A stretch of 64,000 nt of DNA from Bacilli bacterium (GCA_017470005.1 JAFUFH010000037.1:26978-90977), one strand, 5' to 3'; positions 1 through 9,778 are shown, counted from the first letter of the stretch. A program made the numbers and translations. The notes: generated by a model not told the origin, from the letters alone.

Positions 1-520
1 TTGCGATATAGTTGAGCATCAAGGTGAATAAAGATTCATTGGTTTTAAAAAAAACTCTGAAAATCGCAGGGATCACAGCCCAAACAGCAGCGGCATTAGA
101 GGCAAGAATAAACATGAGGATCCATAAAACAGGATCAGGCATTTTCCCACCCCAGTAGAACATGACGATGGTCGCTACCATAGCACCAATCAAGATCTGT
201 CCATTACCACCTAAGTTCCAGAATCTCATCTTGAAAACAGGAAGCAAAGCGATAGAAACACCTAAAAGAAGAGAAAAGTCCTGCACAAAGATCCAAAACC
301 TTCTCTCTGAACCAAAGGCGCCACTGAACATAGCGGCAAAGAAATCCATATAGTTTTTATCTTTGCTAGAACTGAGAATAACAAGAGTGGAAGTGACCAA
401 TAGACCAAAGAAGATAGCGATGACATAGAACCAGATTCTAACTCTAAAAGGAAGTCTTTCTCTTTTAACGATTCTAACAAAGGGGTTATGAGCTTTTTTT
501 GTTTCTGTTTTAGTATTCAT
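1..520 (-). CDS. ABC transporter permease of the BMP-lipoprotein (nucleoside-type) importer; N-terminal part only, runs off the left edge
   Basis: Open frame missing from the ORF track because it has no stop in the window. The ATG at 520..518 overlaps the ATPase stop by 11 nt. My translation MNTKTETKKAHNPFVRIVKRERLPFRVRIWFYVIAIFFGLLVTSTLV...GGNGQILIGAMVATIVMFYWGG is multi-TM. Position after the double-NBD ATPase is typical. Confidence 0.7.
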   Translation of the reverse strand, partial: MNTKTETKKAHNPFVRIVKRERLPFRVRIWFYVIAIFFGLLVTSTLVILSSSKDKNYMDFFAAMFSGAFGSERRFWIFVQDFSLLLGVSIALLPVFKMRFWNLGGNGQILIGAMVATIVMFYWGGKMPDPVLWILMFILASNAAAVWAVIPAIFRVFFKTNESLFTLMLNYIA

Positions 521-2117
521 AGCCAGCCTCCGTTTCTTCATTGTTTTGATTCAATAAGCCATCCACTAACACATGAGGTGCCGTGTTTTTCAAATCATCG
601 TTACTCTTCACCATCAACATACCCAACTCTTCTTTCTTGATGCTTCTTGCATCAACAATTCCGGTGCATTCTCCAGAAGAGAGCACCATGATTCTGTCGC
701 AAAGAGCGATGAGAACGTCTAAATCTTCGCCGACAAAGATGACGGCAGTTCCTTTTTCTTTTTGCTTATTTAAAAGATCGTAAATGAGATAAGAAGAGTT
801 GATATCTAATCCTCTGACAGGATACGCGGTCATCAAGAGTTTGGGAGAAGCAGCAATTTCTCTACCCACCAATACCTTTTGAACATTACCACCAGATAAC
901 GTTCTGACAGGGACATTGACACTCTCGGTAGCGATTTGTAATTCTTCCACGATTTTATTGGTCAATTCTTTCGGGTTATGTTTATCTAAGAAAGGAGATC
1001 TACCTTTCTCATAACTTCTCAATAACACGTTATCGACAAGATTCATGTTACCGACAAGACCCATGCCCAATCTATCCTCAGGAACAAAAGAAAGACGAAC
1101 ACCCATTTCACGAATCTGTCTAGGGTTCTTTTCTTTTAAGTTTTCTTCTTTCTCTGTCTTAGGATCAATATAGATCACAGAACCTTTTTCATAATGTTGA
1201 AGTCCAGCAATCGCTTCTAACAATTCCTTTTGGCCCGCTCCCGCAATACCCGCAATACCTAAGATCTCACCAGAATATGCGCTGAAAGAGACATCCTTAA
1301 TCTTTTGAATTCCGTTGATATCTTTGATGCTGAGATGAGTGACTCTTAAACGTTCCTTGGTTTTCTTAGGTTCTTCTCTATGGATGTTGAGTTCTACTTT
1401 CTCACCAACCATCATTTCGGTGAGAAGAGGAATATCGGCATTCTTTGTTTCCACATCTCCGATATATTCGCCTTTTCTAAGAATAGCAACACGATCAGAG
1501 ATCGCTAAAACTTCGTTCAATTTATGCGTGATGATAATGATACTCTTTCCATCCGCTTTCATCTTTCTGATGACGGAGAAAAGCTTCTCTGTTTCCTGAG
1601 GAGTTAAAACAGCGGTAGGTTCATCCAAAATTAAAATATTCGCTCCTCGATAAAGAGCTTTGATGATTTCAACCGTCTGCTTTTCGGAAACAGACATATC
1701 AAATACTTTCTTCTTAGGATCGATATCAAATCCATAGCGAGAAGCGATCTCACGAACCTTTTCGTTAATCTTTTTGATTTGATATTTTTCCCCTTTGTTA
1801 CCCAAAATGATATTTTGGGCGGCAGTGAAGACATCAATCAGTTTGAAGTGTTGATGAATCATACCAATCTTGTGTTTAAAAGCATCTAAGGGAGAGCGAA
1901 TCACCACTTCTTGCCCATCGATTTTGATATGACCTTCATCTGGAAAATAAATGCCAGAAATCATATTCATCAAGGTAGTCTTACCAGAACCGTTTTCACC
2001 TAAAAGAGAAAGGATTTCTCCTTTGTAAAGTTTCATGGATACCTTGTTGTTGGCGACTACTTGACCGAATCTTTTTGTGATACTTACTAACTCTAAAGAC
2101 ACTTCTCGTTCTGGCAT
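510..2117 (-). CDS. ABC transporter ATP-binding protein with two fused NBDs (nucleoside/simple-sugar CUT2 type)
   Basis: 535 aa. Walker A GENGSGKTT, LSGG-type signature (LSGGNVQK), and a second degenerate NBD. Lies downstream of the BMP lipoprotein gene. Confidence 0.9.
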   Translation of the reverse strand: MPEREVSLELVSITKRFGQVVANNKVSMKLYKGEILSLLGENGSGKTTLMNMISGIYFPDEGHIKIDGQEVVIRSPLDAFKHKIGMIHQHFKLIDVFTAAQNIILGNKGEKYQIKKINEKVREIASRYGFDIDPKKKVFDMSVSEKQTVEIIKALYRGANILILDEPTAVLTPQETEKLFSVIRKMKADGKSIIIITHKLNEVLAISDRVAILRKGEYIGDVETKNADIPLLTEMMVGEKVELNIHREEPKKTKERLRVTHLSIKDINGIQKIKDVSFSAYSGEILGIAGIAGAGQKELLEAIAGLQHYEKGSVIYIDPKTEKEENLKEKNPRQIREMGVRLSFVPEDRLGMGLVGNMNLVDNVLLRSYEKGRSPFLDKHNPKELTNKIVEELQIATESVNVPVRTLSGGNVQKVLVGREIAASPKLLMTAYPVRGLDINSSYLIYDLLNKQKEKGTAVIFVGEDLDVLIALCDRIMVLSSGECTGIVDARSIKKEELGMLMVKSNDDLKNTAPHVLVDGLLNQNNEETEAGYEY

Positions 2118-2183
2118 AGTCTTCTCCTTAAAATAAAGAAGGGCGAAGTATACGCTTCGCCCTTTGAAAAACTCTTTTAAAAA

Positions 2184-3473
2184 TTAGTCACCAAAGTTGA
2201 CATCAAGTAAGTTGATGCCATCGATCTGTACATCGAAGTAAGGAGCAGAACGATATTCAGGAAGTTTAGATTCTTCGAAAACACCATTTTCAATAACATT
2301 GGTTTCTCCAGCAAAATCGCCATCGATATCCGCAAGATAAGCCGTTAAATGACCATTAGCGTCAACAGTGGCGCCAGTGTTCTTGCCTTCCGCCTTAGTG
2401 ACGGTGAATTTGGAGGTGTCGAAAACATGGAGAGTTCCAGCCTTGAGTTTGGCCTTCACTTCAGCGATCTTTTCGGCAGTACCAGCAGCACAAGCAGTAC
2501 CCAATTCCGTCAATTGAACAGAATCAGTATCGATGGTGCCGGAATATTCGGTATCGATTTCGGTGCCGTTAGCAACAGAATCGATAAGGTATTCATAATA
2601 AGGAGCCCAGTTGATCTTGGAAGAGACAAGGAAGGTGTTAGGGCAACGGGAAGCAGTAGATCCGTTGTAGGAAACATTAGGAACACCAGCAGTTTCGCAA
2701 GCGGAAGGAGCACCCATGGAGTCGGCGTGTTGAGAAATAACAGCGGCACCACGAGAGATGAGGTTGTTAGCACTCTCTTTTTCTTTGGTTTCATCATACC
2801 AAGAACCAGTGAAAGTGACATCCATGACAACGCCAGGGATATCCTCAGTTTCATCGATGATGGATTTGACACCAAGATAGTAAGAAGTATAACCGGAGAT
2901 AACTTCGGCATAAGTATAAGCACCGACATAACCGATCTTGACATTGCCGTCATCATCGAAGTTCTTGGCTTCTAATTTGCCAGCCTTCTTCAATTCAACG
3001 ATCTTGAGACCAGCGGTTACGCCAGCTAAATATCTACCTTCATAAATAGAGGCAAAAGCATTGTGGAAATTCTTTAAATTCACTTGTTTGGATTGAGTTC
3101 CAGTTGCATGAGCGAATTGAACATCGGGGAATTCTCTTGCTGCTTTGATCATGTGTTCTTCATGACCGAAGGAATCAGCGAAGACAAGGTTGCAACCTTG
3201 ATCCGCTAAATCGGCAGCGGTGTCATAGCAGACTGTTTCTTCAGCAATGCCGCTCTTGACAATCAATTCGACGCCTTTCTTCTCACAAACGGATGTCATG
3301 GCATCGATGAAGTTTTTGTCATAAGTGGAGTTAGAATCGTGTAAAGTGATCAATCCGACTTTGACTTTTGTTTTAGCAGAACCAGTGTTAGTTAATCCAG
3401 TTTCGCCACCACAACCTGCTAAAGACAAGACAGAAACGGCTAAGACAGCTAGACTTTTAAGACCTTTTTTCAT
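2184..3473 (-). CDS. BMP-family (basic membrane protein / PnrA-NupN-like) substrate-binding lipoprotein
   Basis: Signal peptide plus lipobox LAGC-GG. BMP-like body (KVGLITLHD..., GYVGA..., SQHADS). First gene of the ABC operon. Confidence 0.85.
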   Translation of the reverse strand: MKKGLKSLAVLAVSVLSLAGCGGETGLTNTGSAKTKVKVGLITLHDSNSTYDKNFIDAMTSVCEKKGVELIVKSGIAEETVCYDTAADLADQGCNLVFADSFGHEEHMIKAAREFPDVQFAHATGTQSKQVNLKNFHNAFASIYEGRYLAGVTAGLKIVELKKAGKLEAKNFDDDGNVKIGYVGAYTYAEVISGYTSYYLGVKSIIDETEDIPGVVMDVTFTGSWYDETKEKESANNLISRGAAVISQHADSMGAPSACETAGVPNVSYNGSTASRCPNTFLVSSKINWAPYYEYLIDSVANGTEIDTEYSGTIDTDSVQLTELGTACAAGTAEKIAEVKAKLKAGTLHVFDTSKFTVTKAEGKNTGATVDANGHLTAYLADIDGDFAGETNVIENGVFEESKLPEYRSAPYFDVQIDGINLLDVNFGD

Positions 3474-3553
3474 TTTCTTTTCTCCTTTGTCTGGTCTAAA
3501 TCACGACAACTGGAAAAGAAAGCCTCTAAAATTAAAAAATGGTTGACCGACAC

Positions 3554-3618
3554 ATTCGTAGTGATGAATTTACGGTTCATCGTAGAGACTTCCCACCAAT
3601 TAGGGTAATTATACGAAT
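3554..3618 (-). promoter_or_regulatory. Purine riboswitch aptamer, guanine-type (C at the specificity position)
   Basis: Minus-strand RNA AUUCGUA-UAA-UUACCCUAAUUGGUGGGAA-GUCUCUAC-GAUGAA-CCGUAAA-UUCAUC-AC-UACGAAU. P1 is a perfect 7 bp and P3 a perfect 6 bp. J2/3 GUCUCUAC and L3 CCGUAAA match the xpt G-box core. J3/1 is AC, the C74 equivalent. Confidence 0.8.
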
Positions 3619-3638
3619 AAGACTGCTTCAACGATTTC

Positions 3639-3668
3639 ATTATAGGTGGGCTACAAGTGGCTTGTAAA
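3639..3668 (-). promoter_or_regulatory. Sigma-70-type promoter for the riboswitch and nucleoside ABC operon
   Basis: Minus strand TTTACA, 18 nt, TATAAT, about 20 nt upstream of P1. Confidence 0.5.
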
Positions 3669-3820
3669 TCTCTTTTTGATTGAAAGCGGTTTTTCATTTT
3701 AGAACCTTAAAAAAGGCTTTAAATGGGAGAAAAACCGTTTTTTCTTAAAGGGTTTTATTCCACTTTTAAAGCTTTAAAGTACTAATAAAATAAATATAAT
3801 TTTCTTGCTAAATTTTCTAA

Positions 3821-4225
3821 TTATTCTTTCTTATTGTTGACGAAATATTCGATGATGGCTTTTCTTGTGATGATACCGATAAAAATATCGTGGTCATCTG
3901 TCACAGGAACAAAGTTTTGATTCATCGCTAAATGTAGCAAATCATCCATATTGGCATCAAATCGAATCGACTCTACTCTCGTTTGGAAAGGGACGTCACT
4001 GATCTTATAATTCTCAGCTGACTTATAATTCATATTCCTTTCGCGTTTCACAAACCAAAACAAATCACCGACAGCAACAGTGCCCATATACTTTCCTTCG
4101 TCAGAAAGCACAGGAATTGCGGTGTAATGATGGAAATCCAACTTTTCAGCAACTTGACGGAACGTATCGTGTTCGTTCACATAAGCGACCTGACTTTTCG
4201 GGATTAAGAAAAATAGAATGTTCAT
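3821..4225 (-). CDS. Stand-alone CBS-pair domain protein
   Basis: 134 aa with two CBS-like repeats (TAIPVLSDEGKYMGTVAVGDL ... FVPVTDDHDIFIGIITRKAII). Confidence 0.75.
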   Translation of the reverse strand: MNILFFLIPKSQVAYVNEHDTFRQVAEKLDFHHYTAIPVLSDEGKYMGTVAVGDLFWFVKRERNMNYKSAENYKISDVPFQTRVESIRFDANMDDLLHLAMNQNFVPVTDDHDIFIGIITRKAIIEYFVNNKKE

Positions 4226-4331
4226 AATGATCCTTTTGTTTTATTTCTGTCTCTATTTTAACACAAAGAAAGCTTCTTTTAAAAATCGGTCCATCCTAAG
4301 ACGGATCGATTCTTATCATCAAATCAAAATA

Positions 4332-4832
4332 TTAGTCTTCAACTCTCTTACCGAGTTTTTTGTCTAACTTGATCATGCCGATAGGATCGACACTGTAGCG
4401 ATCGTAAAGTTCAATCAATTCGTGAGAGTGTTCTTCTTCCTCGGTTTGTTCATCCACATACCACTTTAAGAAGGACTGAGAACGATAATCTTTGTCAGCA
4501 ACGGCTTGATCCATCAAACCATAGATGAGAGAAGTGACAAGTTCTTCGTGCTCTAATTGTTTTGCTAAAGGTTCTCTTAAATCTTTATAGGTGTTTCTAG
4601 GGGCACGGATGTCTTCTAAAACGACTTTATAGCCTTGTTCATGAACATATTTGATGAACTTTTCGGCGTGTTCTACTTCTTCCTTGTATTGCTTATTAAA
4701 CCAACCAGCAAAGCCATACCATCCTTGTTCTTCATAATAGTTTGCAATCTCAAGATAGATATATGCACTCTCATATTCTGCTCTGATTTGTTCGTTGATC
4801 AATTGGATCAATTTTTCACTTACTTTTGCCAT
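4332..4832 (-). CDS. ftn: Non-heme ferritin
   Basis: Ferritin motifs (INEQIRAEYESAYIYL, EEVEHAEKF, DEQTEEE). I start at ATG 4832, which is preceded by AAGGAG, rather than at the longer ORF-track start. Confidence 0.85.
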   Translation of the reverse strand: MAKVSEKLIQLINEQIRAEYESAYIYLEIANYYEEQGWYGFAGWFNKQYKEEVEHAEKFIKYVHEQGYKVVLEDIRAPRNTYKDLREPLAKQLEHEELVTSLIYGLMDQAVADKDYRSQSFLKWYVDEQTEEEEHSHELIELYDRYSVDPIGMIKLDKKLGKRVED

Positions 4833-5023
4833 AAATATAATCTCCTTTGTGATGGCTTTATTATAGCACAACTAAACATAGGGGGTGTCAAAGACGCTCT
4901 TAAAAATAAGACAGGTCTCAAGAGGAGAAATAATGTTTATTTCCATTTTTCTATTCTATTATTTGTTAAAAATAAAGTTATATGTATAATATTTAAGTCC
5001 TTTTTCATTTGGAGGTACGAATT

Positions 5024-6634
5024 ATGTCAAACAAAAAGAACTTCTACATCACCACACCTATTTATTACGCTTCTGGCAACATCCATATCGGTCACACTTA
5101 TTGCTGTGTCGCCGCAGATACCATTGCTAGATACAAAAGATTAGCGGGTTATAATGTTCGCTTCATGACCGGAAGTGACGAACATGGTCAAAAGATCCAA
5201 GAAAAAGCTATTGCAGCTGGTGTGGATCCTCAGACTTATGTCGATAATATTGTCGCTTCTTTTAAACAAGTCTGGAAAGACTTAGATATTTCTTATGATT
5301 ACTATGTCAGAACCACCGACGCAAGTCACATGGCTCTTGTTCAAAAGGTTTTCTCTGAATTGTTAGAGAAAGGCGATATCTATCTTGGTGAATACAAGGG
5401 CTGGTATTGCACTCCTGACGAAACCTTCTGGTCTGATTCTCAAGTCGTCGTGGATGAGAACGGAAATCACTTCTGCCCGGATTGCCACAGACCGGTTCAC
5501 TTAGATTCTGAGCAGGCTTACTTCTTGAATGTTAAGAAGTTTGTTCCTTGGTTATTAGAATTCTATAACCAAAATCCAACTTTCTTCTCCAAAGACAAGA
5601 TGAATGAGATGATCAACACCTTCATCAAACCTGGATTAGAAGATCTTTGTATCACTAGAACCTCCTTCAGCTGGGGTGTTCCTATCAAAGAAAATCCTAA
5701 ACATGTCATCTATGTTTGGATTGACGCTCTTCTCAACTATATCTCTGCTTTAGGATATAAGACCGAGGATGAGTCTTTGTTCAACACCTTCTGGGGAGAT
5801 GATTGTGAAATCGTTCACCTCGTCGGTAGAGATATCACTCGTTTCCACACCATCTATTGGCCTATCTTATTAAAAGCCTTAGGTATCAGAGAGCCTGACC
5901 AAGTCATCGTTCACGGTTTACTTCTCACTAAGAGCGGTGTCAAATTATCCAAATCTTTAGGTAACGCCCTCTCTCCTTATCCTCTCATTGAGAAATATGG
6001 TGTCGATGCTCTCCGTTACTATATGGTCAGAGAGATTCAATTTGGTACTGATGGAAACTTCACTCCTACTCAGTTCGTGGATAGACTCAATTCTGACTTA
6101 GCTAACTCCTATGGTAACTTAGTCAACAGAACTCTTTCTATGATGAACAAATACTTTGAAGGAGTTATCCCTGAATACGCAGATCCTACTTCCGATATCA
6201 CCAAGAAGCTTTATGAAGACATCAAAGAGAAATTGGTCCAATACAACGCCGCTATGGAATCTATGGATATCACCTTAGGTGCCGCTAAAGCGATCGAACT
6301 TATCAATCTCGGTAACAAATATTTCGATGATATCGCTCCTTGGACTCAAGCCAAAGAAGGCAATATTGTTCTCTTAAAAGAATGCTTATATGCCGCTGCA
6401 GAAATCATCCGTATCGGTTCTATCATCCTCTCTCCCATCATGCCCAATAAGACTGTGGACGCTCTCAATCAAGAGAATGTTCCTGAAGAGCTTAGAACTC
6501 TTCCTTCTACGGAAGTCATCGGTAAACTTTCTAACATTCACATCAACGAACTCTCCGCTCTCTTCCCTCGTTTGAAGAAAGATGATGAAGTAAAATACCT
6601 CGTCGAATTGATCGACGGACCTAGTCAAAAATAA
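5024..6634 (+). CDS. metG: Methionine--tRNA ligase
   Basis: HIGH motif (GNIHIGH), KMSKS-like KLSKS and a Zn knuckle CPDCHRP. GGAGGT lies 7 nt before ATG 5024; the ORF-track start at 5009 is a TTG. Confidence 0.9.
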   Translation: MSNKKNFYITTPIYYASGNIHIGHTYCCVAADTIARYKRLAGYNVRFMTGSDEHGQKIQEKAIAAGVDPQTYVDNIVASFKQVWKDLDISYDYYVRTTDASHMALVQKVFSELLEKGDIYLGEYKGWYCTPDETFWSDSQVVVDENGNHFCPDCHRPVHLDSEQAYFLNVKKFVPWLLEFYNQNPTFFSKDKMNEMINTFIKPGLEDLCITRTSFSWGVPIKENPKHVIYVWIDALLNYISALGYKTEDESLFNTFWGDDCEIVHLVGRDITRFHTIYWPILLKALGIREPDQVIVHGLLLTKSGVKLSKSLGNALSPYPLIEKYGVDALRYYMVREIQFGTDGNFTPTQFVDRLNSDLANSYGNLVNRTLSMMNKYFEGVIPEYADPTSDITKKLYEDIKEKLVQYNAAMESMDITLGAAKAIELINLGNKYFDDIAPWTQAKEGNIVLLKECLYAAAEIIRIGSIILSPIMPNKTVDALNQENVPEELRTLPSTEVIGKLSNIHINELSALFPRLKKDDEVKYLVELIDGPSQK

Positions 6635-6640
6635 ATGATA

Positions 6641-6669
6641 GGTTAGTGGCTGAGCCACTAACCTTTTTT
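6641..6669 (+). terminator. Intrinsic terminator after metG
   Basis: GGTTAGTGGC-TGA-GCCACTAACC followed by TTTTTT. Confidence 0.8.
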
Positions 6670-6749
6670 GCAGTTCTACCCTAAAGTTTTCGAACATTTT
6701 TCCGATAAAGATAAAGGCCTTATGTTATAATTTTTTTGAGGAAAACAAT

Positions 6750-7637
6750 ATGAATAAAGCAAAAGTTTATTTTATTAAAGACATCACTCCTGAAAACATC
6801 GTCAAAATTTATAAAGCCTTAGGAAGAACCTTAAAAGGAAATGTTGGCGTCAAGATTTCTACAGGTGAAATGGGTGGACACAACTATCTTCATCCAGAAT
6901 TGATCAAAGATATTGTCAATGAAGTTAACGGCACCATCGTGGAATGCTGCACCGCTTATGGGGGCAGCAGAGAAGAAAAAGCCAAGCACTGGGAAACCAT
7001 CAAAGCTCACGGTTTCCTCGATTTCTTCAAAGTGGATTTAATGGATGAATTTAATGAGATTGAAATCCCTGTCCATCACGGTATTCATTTAGATAAAGAT
7101 ATCGTCGGTGAACATCTCAACAACTATGATTCCTTATTGATTCTCTCTCACTTCAAAGGTCATATGATGGGTGGCTTTGGTGGCGCATTAAAGAATATCG
7201 CTATCGGTATCGCCTCCACACACGGAAAAGCTTATATCCACTCTGGTGGAAGAACTATCAGTTCTAAAGATTGCTGGGAAAAAGGATTTATCGCCGGTCA
7301 AGATGAGTTCTTAGAATCTATGGCGGATGCTAATGAAGCCGTCATCTCTTATGTCGGTGCAAAAAATATGGCTTATATCAATGTCGCCAACCGTCTCTCT
7401 GTCGATTGTGATTGTGACTCCAATCCTGCAGAACCAGAAATGGGAGACCTTGGTATCTTTGCTTCTTTAGATCCTGTCGCCTTAGATCAAGCTTGTTATG
7501 ATGCCGTAAAGAATGCAAAAGATCCTGGAAAAGCCGCTTTGATTGAAAGAATGGATTCAAGACATGCCATCAGAACTGTAGAAGCAGCTAACGAACACAA
7601 TCTTGGTATCAGAGAATACGAACTTATCGAATTATAA
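6750..7637 (+). CDS. DUF362-family protein
   Basis: 295 aa. VDCDCD...DPVALDQACYD pattern as I recall it for DUF362. Function unknown. Confidence 0.6.
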   Translation: MNKAKVYFIKDITPENIVKIYKALGRTLKGNVGVKISTGEMGGHNYLHPELIKDIVNEVNGTIVECCTAYGGSREEKAKHWETIKAHGFLDFFKVDLMDEFNEIEIPVHHGIHLDKDIVGEHLNNYDSLLILSHFKGHMMGGFGGALKNIAIGIASTHGKAYIHSGGRTISSKDCWEKGFIAGQDEFLESMADANEAVISYVGAKNMAYINVANRLSVDCDCDSNPAEPEMGDLGIFASLDPVALDQACYDAVKNAKDPGKAALIERMDSRHAIRTVEAANEHNLGIREYELIEL

Positions 7638-7644
7638 GAATTGA

Positions 7645-7671
7645 GAGCTCCCCAAAAAGGAGCTCTTTTTT
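7645..7671 (+). terminator. Intrinsic terminator after the DUF362 gene
   Basis: GAGCTCC-CCAAAAA-GGAGCTC followed by TTTTTT. Confidence 0.75.
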
Positions 7672-7786
7672 CTGCCTTGAATCCAGTAGAAAATCTATTG
7701 AATTCTATACTTTATTTATATATAATGTTGTCGGTCCCAAAACGAGGGGCTTTTTATTTGACACATGAAGTCGAGGTGAATACACA

Positions 7787-7933
7787 ATGAGAGAAAAAGT
7801 CGCTTTGGTTTGTACAGAATGCGAAAGCAGAAACTACAACGCCACTAAGAAAAAAGGGGATGGCGTACGCTTACAAGTGATGAAATATTGTCCCAAATGT
7901 GGAAAACATACACTTCATAAGGAGGGAAAATAA
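7787..7933 (+). CDS. rpmG: 50S ribosomal protein L33 (Zn-ribbon form)
   Basis: Not in the ORF track because it is under 60 aa. [48 protein letters not shown]. Directly precedes secE-nusG. Confidence 0.9.
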   Translation: MREKVALVCTECESRNYNATKKKGDGVRLQVMKYCPKCGKHTLHKEGK

Positions 7934-7935
7934 AA

Positions 7936-8193
7936 ATGAATAAAATTGGAAAATATTTCCGTGGAGTAGCCGAAGAAGCCAAACGTGTTCGTTGGCCCGA
8001 TTCTAAACTCTTATGGAAATCTGTCGCTATCGTTCTCACTATCACAATTGTCACTGCCCTTTCTATCACTTTATTCGACTGGATGGCAATCCAGATCAAC
8101 AGAGCATTCGATATTGCTTTCCCTAAGGACTCCTCTTCCGCTAGCAACACTGCTGCGGCCATGTTATTTCATTTGATTGGAGGTAAATTCTAA
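7936..8193 (+). CDS. secE: Preprotein translocase subunit SecE
   Basis: 85 aa. KYFRGVAEEAKRVRWPD plus a single TM. Conserved rpmG-secE-nusG order. Confidence 0.85.
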   Translation: MNKIGKYFRGVAEEAKRVRWPDSKLLWKSVAIVLTITIVTALSITLFDWMAIQINRAFDIAFPKDSSSASNTAAAMLFHLIGGKF

Positions 8194-8834
8194 TGAGCGA
8201 ATTCGAAAACAACTCTCAGGAAAATGTTACTGCACTTCCTGAAAAGGCTTGGTACGTTATCAATACCTTTGCCATGAGAGAAAGACAGGTCAAAGAAGAC
8301 TTAGAGAAGAGAGCTGTCTCTTTCAACATGCAAGATAAGATCTTCCGTGTCATCTGCGCTGAATACGAAGAACCCGTCTTCGATGAAAACGGCAAACAAA
8401 AGATGACCAAAGATAAAAAGACTGGTGAAATGGTTCCTAAGGTCAAAGTTAAGAACTATTATCCTGGTTACATCTTCGTGGAAATGATCATGACCGATGA
8501 AACTTGGTTCGTCGTCAGAAACACTGCCGGTGTCTCTGGTATTACTGGTTCTTCCGGTAAAGGTGCAAAGCCTTTCCCGATTCCTCGCGAAGAAATCGAA
8601 CCCGTTCTCAAGAGAATGCACATCGAAGATCCCGATATCTTCTCCGAATATCAAGTTGGTGATATGGTTAAGATCATCTCTGGTACCTTCGCGGATTGTG
8701 AAGGTGTCATCAACAGCATCGATACCGAAAAGAAGGAAGCCAATGTCGAAGTTATCTTCATGGGCCGTTATCAAACCTTCACCGAAAAATTCACCAATAT
8801 CGAAAAAGCAGTCGATACTTCTAACAACGACTAA
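8193..8834 (+). CDS. nusG: Transcription termination/antitermination factor NusG
   Basis: NGN domain (WYVINTFAMRERQVKEDL) and KOW (GDMVKIISGTFADCEGVI). TAATG overlap with secE. Confidence 0.9.
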   Translation: MSEFENNSQENVTALPEKAWYVINTFAMRERQVKEDLEKRAVSFNMQDKIFRVICAEYEEPVFDENGKQKMTKDKKTGEMVPKVKVKNYYPGYIFVEMIMTDETWFVVRNTAGVSGITGSSGKGAKPFPIPREEIEPVLKRMHIEDPDIFSEYQVGDMVKIISGTFADCEGVINSIDTEKKEANVEVIFMGRYQTFTEKFTNIEKAVDTSNND

Positions 8835-8838
8835 TACA

Positions 8839-8866
8839 ATGTCAGCTGAAAAGCTGACATTTTTTA
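8839..8866 (+). terminator. Intrinsic terminator after nusG
   Basis: ATGTCAGC-loop-GCTGACAT followed by TTTTTAT. Confidence 0.75.
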
Positions 8867-8893
8867 TTTAAAATGTCCTAGCAAAGCTAGGAC
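8866..8893 (-). terminator. Intrinsic terminator after pdxK (convergent with the nusG terminator)
   Basis: Minus strand GTCCTAGC-TTT-GCTAGGAC followed by ATTTTAAATAAAAA. Confidence 0.6.
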
Positions 8894-8899
8894 AACGAT

Positions 8900-9778
8900 T
8901 TAATTAATTAAACTTCTTCTCTTCTCAGATGTGACATCCTTGATTAGGTTTGGGAGGGCTCTTTCAAACTCTAATCCATATAGAAGTCCATCCACCCCAT
9001 CTTGAATGTTGTATTGTATGCTCTTATGAACAAAATCATGAGCGATTTCCACTGCTTTTTCAATGCGGATACCATTGAGAAGAGCCCCAACAATCGCAGA
9101 ACAAAACGTATCGCCAGCTCCATGATATGTTCCGCCCAAATCTTGAGTGGTATAAATAAATTTTTGGCCTCTATCTCTGTCAAAGATTGCACATCCAACT
9201 TCTCCTGTATCTTGGAAAGTTAAACCAGAAAGAACCACAAATCTAGGCCCTAAATGAGAAAGAGAAGCCACCATATCTTTTGCGTAAATGGTGCTGACAC
9301 TATCCCCGTGATATGGAAGGTCTAAAAGTGCACAAGCTTCCGTCAAATTTGGAACAATCAAGTCCGCTTGTTCACAGAGTCTTCTCATCTCATCAATATG
9401 ATCTCTTCCAAAGCCTGAATATATTTTACCGTGATCTGCAAAAGCGGGGTCTACCACAATCAAAGTATCTTCTTTTCTTAATCGAGCGAAAATCTCTTCA
9501 ACTAGTTTTCCCTGTCCTTCTGCTAGATATCCAGTATAGATGCAATCGAAATGGGTTTGATATCCTTTCCATTGATCAATGAAAGGTAAGACATCATCCG
9601 CTAAATCCTTCATTTTCCAAGAAGGAAAGGCAGTGTGATTAGAAAACAAAGCCGTAGGAACCCCAACGGTTTCGATTCCTAAAGCCGAAATTACCGGTAA
9701 AGCAACAGTTAAAGAGCAACGACCAAGGCAACTATAATCTTGTATAGTTAAGCATCTTTTTTGAACATCTTGTTTCAT
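8900..9778 (-). CDS. pdxK: Pyridoxal/pyridoxamine kinase (ribokinase fold)
   Basis: LTIQDYSCLGRCSL...VVDPAF...GAGDTF motifs. ATG 9778 is preceded by GGAAGGA; the ORF-track start at 9793 is a TTG. Confidence 0.8.
   Translation of the reverse strand: MKQDVQKRCLTIQDYSCLGRCSLTVALPVISALGIETVGVPTALFSNHTAFPSWKMKDLADDVLPFIDQWKGYQTHFDCIYTGYLAEGQGKLVEEIFARLRKEDTLIVVDPAFADHGKIYSGFGRDHIDEMRRLCEQADLIVPNLTEACALLDLPYHGDSVSTIYAKDMVASLSHLGPRFVVLSGLTFQDTGEVGCAIFDRDRGQKFIYTTQDLGGTYHGAGDTFCSAIVGALLNGIRIEKAVEIAHDFVHKSIQYNIQDGVDGLLYGLEFERALPNLIKDVTSEKRRSLIN

Noticed and set aside
2349-2975. Long antisense ORFs inside well-supported genes. Examples: 2349-2975 (+) in the BMP gene, 8301-8774 (-) in nusG, 39881-40249 (+), 50044-50508 (+) in oppA, 52769-53260 (+) in the protease gene and 58149-58583 (+) in the coiled-coil gene.
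   Set aside because: They have low-complexity or odd composition, no RBS and no recognisable motifs. Each lies opposite a gene with strong family motifs, as expected from codon bias that depletes stops on the antisense frame.
4872-5023. Possible T-box leader upstream of metG.
   Set aside because: The spacer is only about 150 nt. It has no specifier-loop or T-box sequence and no terminator/antiterminator pair, just a promoter-like AT-rich region and an RBS.
8300-8460. An insertion of about 35 aa in the NusG NGN domain (EEPVFDENGKQKMTKDKKTGEMVPKVKVKN) as a novelty.
   Set aside because: Lineage-specific insertions at this loop of NusG are common in several phyla, and I cannot show that this one is unusual without an alignment.
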